A stretch of 64,000 bases of DNA from an uncultured delta proteobacterium. Lineage in GTDB: Bacteria; Desulfobacterota; Desulfomonilia; UBA1062. Below, one piece after another: positions 29,272-40,972 of the stretch; within the stretch, counting starts at the first letter, position 1, and every line of letters starts with the position of its first letter. The notes beneath the pieces were generated by a model that saw only the letters and a list, made by a program, of their open reading frames with translations, was not told the DNA's origin and did not search any database. A program made the translations under genes and the position numbers. Where the stretch lies: assembly GCA_963785235.1 (NCBI GenBank), contig CAWAUM010000011.1:64001-128000 (forward strand). The letters are read 5' to 3'.

Positions 29272-30141
29272 ATGATCCGGTTTTATTACATCCTCAAACT
29301 CATCATGCGGGGTCTGCACCTGCGGCCATGGGGCGGCCTTCTTACGCTTGTATCCTGCTGGTTCGCCCTGTGCCAGCTCTCGGTTGTGTTTTATACGGTG
29401 AATGTGGCCGACAGGATAAGCACCATGCCCGCCACCTCGGGTTCCATAATTGCTTACCTGGAAGACTCCACCCCACAGCCACGTATCGCGCAGATGGAGG
29501 AGGAGCTTCGTAAAATGGGTGCGGTCTCAAAGGTGCAATACATTCCCAGGCAGTCCGGCCTGGACAAGATGACACAGTGGCTCGGGCCTGATAACCCTTT
29601 GGTGGAAGGCGTGGATCCACGGATATTGCCTGATGCCTTCGAGATTACCCTCAAGCGCGAGTATGCAGACAAGGTTGCCATGATTGCACAGACAGTGGGC
29701 AAATTAGCAGGTGTGGATGATGTCCGCTACCGCAAGGGCCTCATCGGTTCAATTGCCGGATCCTTCTCCCGAATTGTATTCGGTGCATCCGTGCTGGGCG
29801 CAATTGTGGTGATCTGCCTGGCCCTGGTGATCTTTCTTTCCATCCGGGTGGGAATTATCTCCAGGAAGCAGGAGATAGAGGTCATGGGCATGCTCGGCGC
29901 CAACTATATCTTCATCTATGCACCCTACCTGATCGAGGCCGGGATGTACGGGTTTCTCGGGTCCATTGCAGCCCTTGCAACAACTGGAGCAGGGATTGCC
30001 TATCTGCAGGTCCAGTTCACTTCACTGCAGGCTTTTTTACGGCCCATGGACACCTACCAGGCGGCCACGGTGGTATTTTTTGCCTGTTTCTGCAGCATCT
30101 TAGGAGCGCTATTAGCCATCAAGAGGAGTATTGATGCCTAG
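29272..30141 (+). CDS. ftsX: cell division permease FtsX
   Basis: TM1, large periplasmic loop (LPDAFEI), then 3 TM with RKQEIEVMGMLGA...IYAPY. Confidence 0.88.
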   Translation: MIRFYYILKLIMRGLHLRPWGGLLTLVSCWFALCQLSVVFYTVNVADRISTMPATSGSIIAYLEDSTPQPRIAQMEEELRKMGAVSKVQYIPRQSGLDKMTQWLGPDNPLVEGVDPRILPDAFEITLKREYADKVAMIAQTVGKLAGVDDVRYRKGLIGSIAGSFSRIVFGASVLGAIVVICLALVIFLSIRVGIISRKQEIEVMGMLGANYIFIYAPYLIEAGMYGFLGSIAALATTGAGIAYLQVQFTSLQAFLRPMDTYQAATVVFFACFCSILGALLAIKRSIDA

Positions 30142-31190
30142 GAAGCTCCTCATGGCGCTTCTTATCCTGGTGCTCTTGTACACCCCGGCGTCTGCAAAAA
30201 ACGAATCGAGCCGCTTGAAGGAGCTTGGCAAAAAGGTCCAGGCCATTGATCTCAAACGCCGTTCAGAGGAGCAAAGGGTTCAGGATATTGACAGGAATAT
30301 CTCTGCCATGCAGGGCGAGATAGCCGCTGTCAGGAATGAGGCCGTTGTCATTAACGAGAAGATCAGGGAGCTCAGGGCACAGATTGTGTATTACCAGCGG
30401 GCCCTGGGCGAGTCCCAGGGGATGTTGAGACGGAAGTGGGTTGCACTGTACAAGGGTGCATATCTCGATATGGCGGACATTGTATACACCCACGGCGAGT
30501 ATTCGGGATACATAGATGCCATCATCTCCAAGAATAAGGATGAGCTCATGGGTTACCGCAAGACACGTGAGCAGCTGTTTAATGCCAAAGCACGGCTCGA
30601 TAATGTCTCCAGGGAACAGAAGGATAACCTGAACATGCTCCAGGGAAAGGTCGGTTCGCTTAATGGCCAGCGGGAGAAAAAGTCTGTTCTGCTGGCCTCG
30701 CTGCGCAAAGAAAAACAATCCTATCAGGAAGAGATTCAGCGTCTCCTGAAAGAATTACAGGCCCGAAAGACGTATGCTCCCAACAGGGGCATGGCCAAAA
30801 AGATGGGAGATCTGCCCTGGCCTGTGGCAGGAAGGATTGTGCGGGGATTTGGGATATCAAGGGAGAAGGGATATGCCCTCATATCCCATGGGGTGGACAT
30901 AGAGGCCGATGAGGGGGCGCCGGTGAAAACAATCCATGCCGGCAAGATCGTATTTTATAATTGGGTCACAAACTTCGGCAATACCATGATCATCGACCAT
31001 GGAGGCTCTCTGTATTCCGTCTATGGCCATCTCCAGAAATCCTTGAAATCTCCCGGAGAGTCCGTGGAATACACGAGAGGATGTGGCGCTGGTGGGTCAG
31101 AGCGGGGATGTGTTACGGCCGACCCTGCATTTTGAAATACGCTATAACGATAAACCCCAGGACCCGGCCAAGTGGCTCTCTCGGAAATAG
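30134..31190 (+). CDS. envC: murein hydrolase activator EnvC (M23 family; apparent +1 frameshift near 31065)
   Basis: Signal peptide, coiled coil, LPWPVAG, HGVDI, YGHL; the shifted frame continues VALVGQSG...LHFEIR...DPAKWL to stop 31190. Confidence 0.8.
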
Positions 31191-31258
31191 TGGATATTTT
31201 AACCTCACGAAAGATATGGTATATGACGATTCTATAACAAAGCATTCGCTTTGAGAGG

Positions 31259-32552
31259 ATGGGTATGAGAAACGCTAAGAGAATACTGTTGGGTTTTGTT
31301 GTTGCCGCATTCATGGGTTTCTTCCTTCTGCAGCACACGGACACACTCAATGCAGAATCCACAAATATTTTTCCGGATCTCCAGAAGTTCACCGACTGCC
31401 TTGATCTTATTCAGAAGTATTATGTGGAGGAGGTAAAAGCAGGTACCCTCATTGATGGCGCCATCAAAGGAATGGTCTCAGTCCTTGACCCGCATTCAGC
31501 ATACCTTTCCAAGGAAGATTACAAGGAGATGCAGATCAGCACAACCGGGACCTTCGGCGGGCTTGGAATCGAGATAGGGCTTCGGAACGGCCAGCTTACC
31601 ATCATTACTCCCATTGAAGGCACACCCGCCTTTATTTCCGGTATCCGCCCCGGTGACAGGATCATAAAGATAGACAGCACGTTCACCAATGAAATGACCA
31701 TCGAAGATGCGGTCAAGCTCTTAAGAGGCCCCAAGGGATCGAAGGTGAAACTGACAATCCTGCGCGAGTCCCAGGAGAAACCCATTGAGTTTGTCATTAC
31801 CAGGGCCATCATCCATATCGACAGCGTGCATTTCTCAGATGATCGAGCCTGGTTATGGATACATCAAGGTCAGGAACTTCCAGGTGGATACCTCCGAGGC
31901 CGTGCGCAAGGCCATGCAGAAGATGGCGCCGCTCAAGGGACTGGTACTTGACCTCAGATACGACCCGGGCGGACTCCTGGATCAGGCCATTGCGGTGAGC
32001 GACCTTTTCCTCTCCGAGGGGAAGATCGTTTATACCGATGGCCGTAAACCCGAAGACCGTACCGAGTACATTGCCCACAAGGAGGGGACCTTTGAAGGGT
32101 TCCCCATCGTTGTGCTCATAAATGGCGGTACGGCCAGTGCTGCAGAGATAGTTGCCGGTGCATTGCAGGATAACAAGCGTGCGATCATCGTGGGTGTGAG
32201 AAGCTTTGGTAAGGCATCGGTCCAGACCATAAGGCCCTTGAGCGACGGGTCGGCACTGAAGCTTACCATTGCAAGGTACTATACGCCCCTGGGCAGATCG
32301 ATCCAGGCGAAAGGCATTGAGCCTGATGTGGTTGTGGAGCAGAAGGCGCTTGTGAAGGAAGACGCCAAGGCCCAGACCTTTGTCCGGGAAAAGGATCTGA
32401 AATCGCATCTGGAGCCCGAGGGAGAAGGTCCTGCAGAGACGGCAGAGGGTGCTTCGGGGCCTGTGAACCTGGATAAAGACTATCAGCTCAAGTATGGGCT
32501 CGACATGCTTAAGACATGGGAGGTGTTCCACCGTATCAAGAAGGCAGCATGA
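31259..32552 (+). CDS. ctpA: S41 carboxy-terminal processing protease (apparent +1 frameshift near 31832)
   Basis: LDPHS and PDZ GLGIEI in the first ORF; DLRYDPGG, TASAAEI, GKASVQ, YYTP in the second. Confidence 0.88.
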
Positions 32553-33649
32553 GAAAGAAGAGCAGAAGGAAAAGGCAAAACACGATCCTCATTACTGCCG
32601 TTATCGGTGGCTTGATTGCTGCGATTCTTATTGTGAGCGGTATCTATTACCTCGCCAGGAAACATCACAAGCCACCCGAGAACACACAGACTCCCGGTAG
32701 TATCACCATCACCAAATCACTGATTGCAGGAGAAGAACTCCTCATCAAGGGGTGTCTGTTCGACCTCGGTATACCAAAGGAGAGTGTCCGGATTGTGGGC
32801 CGGACTATGGATATCACACTCCCGAAGCCGCTGGATGCAACCCGCATAGAGAAGGTGTTTTCGGGTCTGCGTGTGGCCGAGGGTGTGGAGGTGAGTCTGA
32901 AAGAGCCCTCACGGCTTATGGTCATGATCAATGAAAAACAGTGGAATATCTTCTTTCATGTGAGAAAGGCGCCTGAAAAAAGGCTCTCACAGGTCGCAAT
33001 CATCATAGATGATATGGGCATGGATATGGAAGTTGCCCGCAAACTGGCTGCCATTGATGCAGACATCACCTTTTCAGTCTTTCCCCAGGAAAAGTATACG
33101 CAGGAGGTTGCGCAGTATCTCCACAAACACGGGAAAGAGGTTTTGCTCCACCAGCCCATGGAAGGCGGGAATGGGAAGAACCCGGGGGTCGGGGCAATCT
33201 TCCATGATACCGACCCTGCCCAGGCCCAGAAGATCCTGGAAGACTCCCTTGGGAGGGTTCCCATGGCCCTTGGGGTGAACAACCATATGGGCTCTGTGGT
33301 CACCCAGAACGAGGTCATCATGAAGGCAGTGTTTTCAACCATCAAAGAGCATGGACTCTTCTTCATTGACAGCCTCACTACGGGGAACTCGGTATGCCGC
33401 GTCGTTGCAGCCGAAGTGAATCTACCCTTTCAGGCTCGCGATGTATTTCTTGATAACGATCAGACATACCAGTATATAGCAGGACAGTTAGATGAGCTGG
33501 TCGTGGCGGCCAGGCACCGTGGCGAGGCTATCGGGATCTGTCATCCGCACCCCGCAACCGTGGAGGCGCTGGTTAAAGAGGTCCCCCGGCTCAAGGAAAA
33601 GGGGATAGAGGTGGTTCGTGTCTCAAGGCTTGTTGATAACGGCAGATAG
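32549..33649 (+). CDS. divergent polysaccharide deacetylase (YibQ family)
   Basis: AIIIDDMG, HQPME, NNHMGS, FIDSLT, RDVFLD, IGICHP. Confidence 0.9.
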   Translation: MRKKSRRKRQNTILITAVIGGLIAAILIVSGIYYLARKHHKPPENTQTPGSITITKSLIAGEELLIKGCLFDLGIPKESVRIVGRTMDITLPKPLDATRIEKVFSGLRVAEGVEVSLKEPSRLMVMINEKQWNIFFHVRKAPEKRLSQVAIIIDDMGMDMEVARKLAAIDADITFSVFPQEKYTQEVAQYLHKHGKEVLLHQPMEGGNGKNPGVGAIFHDTDPAQAQKILEDSLGRVPMALGVNNHMGSVVTQNEVIMKAVFSTIKEHGLFFIDSLTTGNSVCRVVAAEVNLPFQARDVFLDNDQTYQYIAGQLDELVVAARHRGEAIGICHPHPATVEALVKEVPRLKEKGIEVVRVSRLVDNGR

Positions 33650-33731
33650 GCGCATGAATAACGATGACGTTCTTTTATTGGATCCTATGGTCATTCTTAT
33701 GAGAGATGAAGATGCTTAAAGGCTTACATTC

Positions 33732-34232
33732 ATGAAGCAGTGGTTCGTTGTGCAGACAAATCCCAAGGAAGAGAACCTTGTCTCCCTTGTCCTTTCCAAG
33801 CAGGACATCCCCATCTATCAGCCGTTCATGGAGAAGTTCGTGTTCCATGCCCGGAAAAAGACCCTGAAGCAATACCCTCTCTTTCCCAATTATATCTTTG
33901 TAAACATAGAGCCTACCGAAGAAGAGTTCCATAAGATCCGCTGGAGCAGGGGTGTGCGGAGGATCCTCATCGACAATTATCAGCCCATTCCCATCGAGGA
34001 GGAGTTCATCGCCTCTCTGCAGATACTACAGGACAATGATACCGGTATCATCAAAAAGCCTGTTGAGTTCGCACCCGGAGACATGGTGCGGATCAAGTCG
34101 GGTCCCATGAAAGACCTTTACGGGATCTTCGAGGAGTGGGGCTCTGATGAGGGCAGGGTAAAGATCCTGATCCAGATGGTCAACAACAGGGCAAAGGTGG
34201 TCATGCACTCCTCCCTTATCGAAAAGGCGTAA
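33732..34232 (+). CDS. NusG paralog (RfaH/UpxY/LoaP-like antiterminator)
   Basis: WFVVQTNPKEE, PLFPNYIFV NGN domain, GDMVRIKSGP KOW. Confidence 0.88.
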   Translation: MKQWFVVQTNPKEENLVSLVLSKQDIPIYQPFMEKFVFHARKKTLKQYPLFPNYIFVNIEPTEEEFHKIRWSRGVRRILIDNYQPIPIEEEFIASLQILQDNDTGIIKKPVEFAPGDMVRIKSGPMKDLYGIFEEWGSDEGRVKILIQMVNNRAKVVMHSSLIEKA

Positions 34233-34249
34233 GATCACAGGAGGGATCC

Positions 34250-35884
34250 ATTCAGAAGATCTTCGGCAACTCCAAAACCCTGAAGGCCTCCGAGGCAAAA
34301 GCCATAGAGCGGCTCTACCGGAGGCGCATGCCCTCCAATGTAGTTGTCACCCATGAACTCTGCACAGAGCTGACCCGTATTTCTTATGATGCCGGCATCC
34401 AAATCGGGCTGCTCATCAACAGACTTGGCGCCATAGAATATGCCATAGCAGGAACTGCAGTCGGCATCACCATCCCTGCGCTGCAACGCATGAGGACTCA
34501 CCCGGGAAGGCTTCAGGGCCTGAGGTTTATCCACACCCACTTCAAGGATGGCCGTCTCACCTCCGAGGATCTTACCGACCTTGCCAAGTTGCGCCTGGAC
34601 ATGATCTATGCCATCGAAGTAGGCCAGGACGGTCAGCCGGGGCCGGCTTATGGGGCGCACCTGGTTCCAGCGGGCGACGCCGCCACCTTGTGGAAACTCT
34701 TGGACCCGGTCCCCACCTACCGCATGGACATACCCTTTGATGCCTTCATCACAGAGCTGGAGTACGAGATCACCAGGAAACAGACCGCACTCGTTGCAGG
34801 CTCGCATGAAGACCGGGCCATCCTGGTTGTTATGGGCACCAAAGGCGGTGATGTCCTCAAGGACACCATTGCAGAATTCCAGGCACTGGCAAAGGCGGCC
34901 GAGGTTACGGTCATGGATACGGTGGTGCAGAGAAGGCCCAAGCCCGATCCCAGGTATGTGGTCGGCAAGGGCAAGGTGGCTGACATCTACATGATGGCTT
35001 TAGCCAGGGATGCCAACCTCCTTATCTTCGATCATGAGCTTACACCGTCGCAGGCCCGCTCCATTGCAGAGATAGCGGACATGAGGGTCATCGACCGCAC
35101 CCAGCTTATCCTCGACATCTTTGCCCGCAGGGCCCGGACAAGGGAAGGCAAGATCCAGGTGGAGCTTGCCCAGCTCAGGTATAACATGTCCCGGCTCGTG
35201 GGCAAGAACCCGTCGCTGAGCAGGCTGGCTGGTGGCATCGGCACCAGGGGGCCTGGAGAGGCCAAGCTCGAGGTGGACCGGCGCCGTGCCAAGGAACGCA
35301 TGGAGCGCCTGGAAAAACAGGCGCGCCAGATCGGCCGCAAGCGCATGCTCACCAGGCTGCGCAGGGGCAGGAGGGCATTGCCAGTTATATCCATCATCGG
35401 CTATACCAACACCGGCAAGTCAACCCTGCTCAACACCCTGACCAAGAGCAGCGTACTCACGGCAGACATGCCCTTTGCCACGCTGGACCCCTCCAGCAAG
35501 CGGCTGAGATTCCCCAAAGACATCGAGGTGATCATCACCGACACGGTGGGATTTATCCGCGATCTGCCCAAAGACCTGAAGGCCGCCTTTGCGGCCACGC
35601 TGGAAGAATTGATGGATGCCGAGCTTCTGCTAGAGGTCATAGACCTCACCGATGGCCATATCGACTACAGAATCCAGGCTGTGGAAGAGATCCTGAAAGG
35701 GTTGAACCTCCAGGATAAACCGCGACTCAAGGTGTTCAACAAGTCTGACCAGTGTGGGCAGGATCTGGCCGAGACCTTGTCCGGGCGTTATCACGGCGTA
35801 GCCGTATCCGCGCTGGATAAAAAGACCCTCATCCCTCTCATTGAGCGGATGCAGAGCTATTTTGTGCATGGAAAGGCCTATTGA
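34250..35884 (+). CDS. hflX: ribosome-splitting GTPase HflX (long form; probable ATT start)
   Basis: IDRTQLILDIFA, GYTNTGKS, FATLD, DTVGF, NKSD; reading frame extends upstream to ATT 34250 behind SD AGGAGG. Confidence 0.93.
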   Translation: MQKIFGNSKTLKASEAKAIERLYRRRMPSNVVVTHELCTELTRISYDAGIQIGLLINRLGAIEYAIAGTAVGITIPALQRMRTHPGRLQGLRFIHTHFKDGRLTSEDLTDLAKLRLDMIYAIEVGQDGQPGPAYGAHLVPAGDAATLWKLLDPVPTYRMDIPFDAFITELEYEITRKQTALVAGSHEDRAILVVMGTKGGDVLKDTIAEFQALAKAAEVTVMDTVVQRRPKPDPRYVVGKGKVADIYMMALARDANLLIFDHELTPSQARSIAEIADMRVIDRTQLILDIFARRARTREGKIQVELAQLRYNMSRLVGKNPSLSRLAGGIGTRGPGEAKLEVDRRRAKERMERLEKQARQIGRKRMLTRLRRGRRALPVISIIGYTNTGKSTLLNTLTKSSVLTADMPFATLDPSSKRLRFPKDIEVIITDTVGFIRDLPKDLKAAFAATLEELMDAELLLEVIDLTDGHIDYRIQAVEEILKGLNLQDKPRLKVFNKSDQCGQDLAETLSGRYHGVAVSALDKKTLIPLIERMQSYFVHGKAY

Positions 35885-38800
35885 CTACTGGGCCTTTTCC
35901 CTGATGAGCCTCAGCGCGTCATCGATCAGCCGCCCGGGGAGCTTCAGCGACCTGAGAAGTGATGCCGCAACCGTGTTGGACAGGGTATTGATGGGCTCCA
36001 GCTTGACCCTGGGTTCATCCATCGTTCCCTTAAGGCCCATGCTCACCACGATCATCTTCCCCTTATCGCCGGTGAGCACCCAGCCTACGAGCGGGATCTT
36101 GCTGACCGTCCAGTCCACACTCTCTAAAGGTTGGATGCCGATATGGGCATCGATCTTTTTGGTCTTTAAGGCATACTTTCCCACGGCTGAGATCTGTATG
36201 GAGTTGCTCTCAAGTGCGAAATCATTGAAATCCACCACATTGTCTTTTATATTCAGTGTCGATGAGATGCGGTTATAGGTGAAGTGATTGCTCAGGAAGT
36301 CGATGTCCCGGTTCTGGATGATCTTATATACATTCAGCAAAGAGAAGATCTGCGAGATAAGCGCATATTTCCGTATCTCGCCATCCCTGGCGGCAATGGT
36401 GAGCGTCCCGTTTAAAGAGTCTTCCTGGCCGAAGATATGCCCCTGGATATCGAGGTTGCCATCCACAACGGATTTGATATTTGTCGCGCGCAGCAGCTTA
36501 CGCATATCAGCGTCTTTGATGGAGACCATCATGTCAAAGGTTGAGGTGCCGTCCACCGCAACATTCATAGCCCCCCTGGCAGTACCTGAGACGGTTTCCA
36601 GCACTACCTGGGAGAGGCTTAAGTTGCCGTCTGTCAGATCGGCCTGGGCGGTTGCGTTCTCAACAGGCAGCCCCGAGAAGATGCAATCGACAAACTGGAG
36701 CGCTGCCTGCGCCCGTAAACCTTCCAGCCCTTTCAGGGATGCAGCCCCATCTCCTGTGACCATGCCCTTTATGACAGCGCTTCCCCTGAAAGATGGCTTA
36801 CTGTCATATTCGAGTTTTCCGCTTAAAGTTATAGAAGTATCACCTGAGGTAATGCGCACCGAGTCGGATGAGATAATGGGCGTGCTGATGGCAAGCGGAC
36901 CGTTTATGGTAACGAGGCCGTCTTGATAGGGCAGCGCAGCATCACTTAAGCTAAGGGTTCCTTCAACCGAGGTGAGATTCCCCCACGTGATCTTGACAGA
37001 GCCATCCGCAATGCCCTTTAAAGCCTGGATGCCCCGGGAATTTTTCAGGGATATGTCCTTGAGGAGCAGCTGGCCGGACAGGGTTGCAGAACCTGCATCA
37101 GCGTTGATACCGGCGCTGCCGGACAGCGAGCCCGATGGGGTCTGGATGACCATGTTGCTTACATCGATTGCGTTCAAGCCAGCAGGACCGGCCTTGAAGT
37201 CACCTTTTATGGAGGCCCCCTGAGAAGAGAATGAATTGCTGCCGGTCGCATAGGCCATGCTCGAGGCCTTCAGTTCGAACGAGCCTTTGAGCCTGGTTGC
37301 CTTCCCCGACCCTGTGAGCTTGAGAACAGGGTTTTCCAGGGCAATCTTCCCCAGTGGCGGCAGGTGGTCTGCGACAAGCGTATAACGGGAGAGGTTTTCG
37401 CCGAAGGGTGCAACCAGGCTTACATCGAGACTCCTGATATGGGCCTTGTCGAATGAACCGCTCAAGATGATGTGCTGTGGAGTGGAGAAGCTCTCGGCAT
37501 GGATAGAGCCTGACTGATCGGCAATGGTATGCGTGCCCCAGTTGTACGCGCACCCGGTAAGCCTGATATCACCCTTGCTCCTGAATGGGTTTTTGAGAGC
37601 TTCATCGTAATAGGTGTTTACCAGGGCCTTTATCTGGCCGCTCTTCACCCTGGTCACCGGATTTAATATCTTGTAGATGTCCGGGGGCACCATTGCGGCA
37701 CGCCACGCGCGCATGAAATCGGATACAGGCATATCCAGATCTACATCCACCCCTACACGCATGAGCGGCTTCACTGCCCCGGGGAACACGATATCAACCC
37801 TCTTCAGGGTTGATCCGCCCACGACCCCGGAGATGTTGCTGAACCTGATATCACCGTTGCCATAGATTACCCGGCCCCTTATGCCGGTTATTCTCTCAGG
37901 CGCATGAAGGGCACTGAAACTCTGGGCATTAAGATCCTGGACCACAGAGAGGTTCTGCATAAGGCTCTCCCCGGACAGGAAACCACTGATAGGGCCGTTG
38001 TACCTCGCCAGGGAAAACCGGGAGCGGCCGCCTCTGATCTGCTTTGTAAGCAGGGTTCCAAGCCACTCGGGGAACAGCTGAACCGGGAGCACCTCAACCA
38101 CCTTCTCATAATCGAAATCCTTGGAAGCGGCCTCCAGGTTGAGCACTGCATCCTTCCAGGTATCCAGATCCTTTAACCCGATAACCTCTCCCTTGCCTGA
38201 TATGGTAATGACCGGGGTATTGATGGAGATGTCCGTAAAGTTCATGCGCTCCCGATCACCGGATAAAGCTGCAGTGACGAGGATCTTGCTCATGGTGCCG
38301 CGCATACAGGGAAGACTCAGGTCTTTTGCCTGGAAGGAAAAAGATCCGGTCTTTGCGTTTTTCATATCCTCTATGGTGAAACTCATGTGCGCGGTACCCT
38401 TGAAACCGGCATCGATCTGGTCAAGGGGGATACCATAGGCATCAAAGGTCACCTTGCCGGGCTTGAGAAGGTCGGCCTGGAGGAGCACCCTGCCGCCAAG
38501 GGTGCGAGCCCTGAGGTTGATCCAATCCCTGGTGATGCGGCCGCTCAGATCGGTAAGGGGGAAATCCATGCCCTGGTAGATGAACTTTACCGAGCCCTTC
38601 CACATGATTACAACAGGCCTTTTGCTCGAGGCCTGGTGGAGCTTGAGCCGCCTCAGCCCGTCAACATCGACCTCTCCCGCAGGCTCCACAAGCCTGAGCT
38701 TGTTGACATTCACATCTCCATAAATGAGTCTCCAGATCGTCAGATATACGGTGATGCTTTTGACGCGCAGCGTGATGGCCCCGGGGGAGTCAATAGTGAC

Positions 38801-39016
38801 CTTGGTGAGGATGACGCGCGGGCCCTGCTTCCATTCGAAACGCGCCCTGGCAATGGAAATGGGCAGGGGAAAGTGCTGACGCAGCTGACTCTGCACTGCC
38901 GATGTAACCGCCTCAGGGGACCTGGCGGCAAGACGGGTAAAGAAAATAACAGCACCCACCATCACGACAATAACCACGAGCACTGCAACGGCAATGATCT
39001 TGAAGGATCTCTTCAT
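35885..39016 (-). CDS. AsmA-like (YhdP/TamB-type) bridge lipid-transport protein
   Basis: 1043 aa, N-terminal TM, beta-rich body, AsmA_2-like C-terminus (IPLVGWVL...LKGTMDEP). Confidence 0.75.
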   Translation of the reverse strand: MKRSFKIIAVAVLVVIVVMVGAVIFFTRLAARSPEAVTSAVQSQLRQHFPLPISIARARFEWKQGPRVILTKVTIDSPGAITLRVKSITVYLTIWRLIYGDVNVNKLRLVEPAGEVDVDGLRRLKLHQASSKRPVVIMWKGSVKFIYQGMDFPLTDLSGRITRDWINLRARTLGGRVLLQADLLKPGKVTFDAYGIPLDQIDAGFKGTAHMSFTIEDMKNAKTGSFSFQAKDLSLPCMRGTMSKILVTAALSGDRERMNFTDISINTPVITISGKGEVIGLKDLDTWKDAVLNLEAASKDFDYEKVVEVLPVQLFPEWLGTLLTKQIRGGRSRFSLARYNGPISGFLSGESLMQNLSVVQDLNAQSFSALHAPERITGIRGRVIYGNGDIRFSNISGVVGGSTLKRVDIVFPGAVKPLMRVGVDVDLDMPVSDFMRAWRAAMVPPDIYKILNPVTRVKSGQIKALVNTYYDEALKNPFRSKGDIRLTGCAYNWGTHTIADQSGSIHAESFSTPQHIILSGSFDKAHIRSLDVSLVAPFGENLSRYTLVADHLPPLGKIALENPVLKLTGSGKATRLKGSFELKASSMAYATGSNSFSSQGASIKGDFKAGPAGLNAIDVSNMVIQTPSGSLSGSAGINADAGSATLSGQLLLKDISLKNSRGIQALKGIADGSVKITWGNLTSVEGTLSLSDAALPYQDGLVTINGPLAISTPIISSDSVRITSGDTSITLSGKLEYDSKPSFRGSAVIKGMVTGDGAASLKGLEGLRAQAALQFVDCIFSGLPVENATAQADLTDGNLSLSQVVLETVSGTARGAMNVAVDGTSTFDMMVSIKDADMRKLLRATNIKSVVDGNLDIQGHIFGQEDSLNGTLTIAARDGEIRKYALISQIFSLLNVYKIIQNRDIDFLSNHFTYNRISSTLNIKDNVVDFNDFALESNSIQISAVGKYALKTKKIDAHIGIQPLESVDWTVSKIPLVGWVLTGDKGKMIVVSMGLKGTMDEPRVKLEPINTLSNTVAASLLRSLKLPGRLIDDALRLIREKAQ

Positions 39017-39109
39017 AGCATTCTCTCCTTCATTAGAACACAGAGCCTTAAAATTGCAAGTATTTGTGCTCGATTTTCCTGAACATAAGATTTTGTACCC
39101 TCGGACTCC

Positions 39110-39138
39110 TTGACGAATTTCCGTTAAACTGATACACT
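39110..39138 (+). promoter_or_regulatory. sigma70 promoter placing +1 on the serS ATG (leaderless)
   Basis: TTGACG-17 bp-TACACT with extended -10 TG; ATG 6 nt later; no SD. Confidence 0.65.
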
Positions 39139-39144
39139 GTGTGC

Positions 39145-40417
<1,273 letters not shown>

Positions 40418-40431
40418 AGGTAAATCCGTGC

Positions 40432-40519
40432 GGAGGGATGGCCGAGTGGTTGAAGGCGGCGGTCTTGAAAACCGTTGTGCCGCAAGGTACCGCGGGTTCG
40501 AATCCTGCTCCCTCCGCCA
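40432..40519 (+). tRNA. tRNA-Ser(TGA)
   Basis: GGAGGGA/TCCCTCC acceptor stem, anticodon loop CTTGAAA, long variable arm, GGTTCGAATCC, encoded CCA. Confidence 0.97.
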
Positions 40520-40535
40520 TTTTTTATTATAATGT

Positions 40536-40730
40536 TCATGATTTATGACCCTGTTTTTTGGCTGCCAACAACTTGCCGACAATGGGGAGATGGATAACAT
40601 CAATGTCTTTCTGATATGCCTTCCGTTTATTCTCTGCAGTACCTTGGTTGAGGCTTTCTCGGACCCTTTCCGAGGTATCAGATAAGGTGTGGGTGACATC
40701 TGCTTGTTCAATGACTGCAACCTGATTCAT
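40536..40730 (-). pseudogene. N-terminal remnant of a Cre/TnpS-like tyrosine recombinase
   Basis: Strong SD GGGAGG; VRESLNQGTAENKRKAYQKDI resembles the 'xxNTxRAYxxD' core-binding N-terminus; no catalytic domain follows. Confidence 0.45.
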
Positions 40731-40745
40731 GATACCTCCCCTTTA

Positions 40746-40778
40746 TTATGTCTGATAATAATCTCTTATCGGACATAA
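40746..40778. promoter_or_regulatory. 13-7-13 inverted repeat, lox/res-like recombination core site
   Basis: TTATGTCTGATAA-TAATCTC-TTATCGGACATAA (12/13 match). Confidence 0.55.
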
Positions 40779-40916
40779 AAAACAGACCTCAATAATAGTG
40801 ATTTGGAGCTTCTTCTGATTGTATGCTTATGATGATTATGAGAAATATTCAGTAATCACAAAGCGTGTCCTATGGCACGTGATCAGCAGTCTCGATAATC
40901 CCCACGTGAGATAAAG

Positions 40917-40950
40917 AAAGGGTGAGGCATCGTATCACCTCACCCTTTTT
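40917..40950. terminator. intrinsic (bidirectional) terminator
   Basis: AAAGGGTGAGG-loop-CCTCACCCTTTTT. Confidence 0.65.
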
Positions 40951-40972
40951 CATCAGTTATATTGCCTTATAA

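Noticed and set aside
40873-40887. sigma54-like TGGCACGTGATCAGC
   Set aside because: The -12 element is poor (CAGC) and it points into a terminator with no downstream + strand gene.
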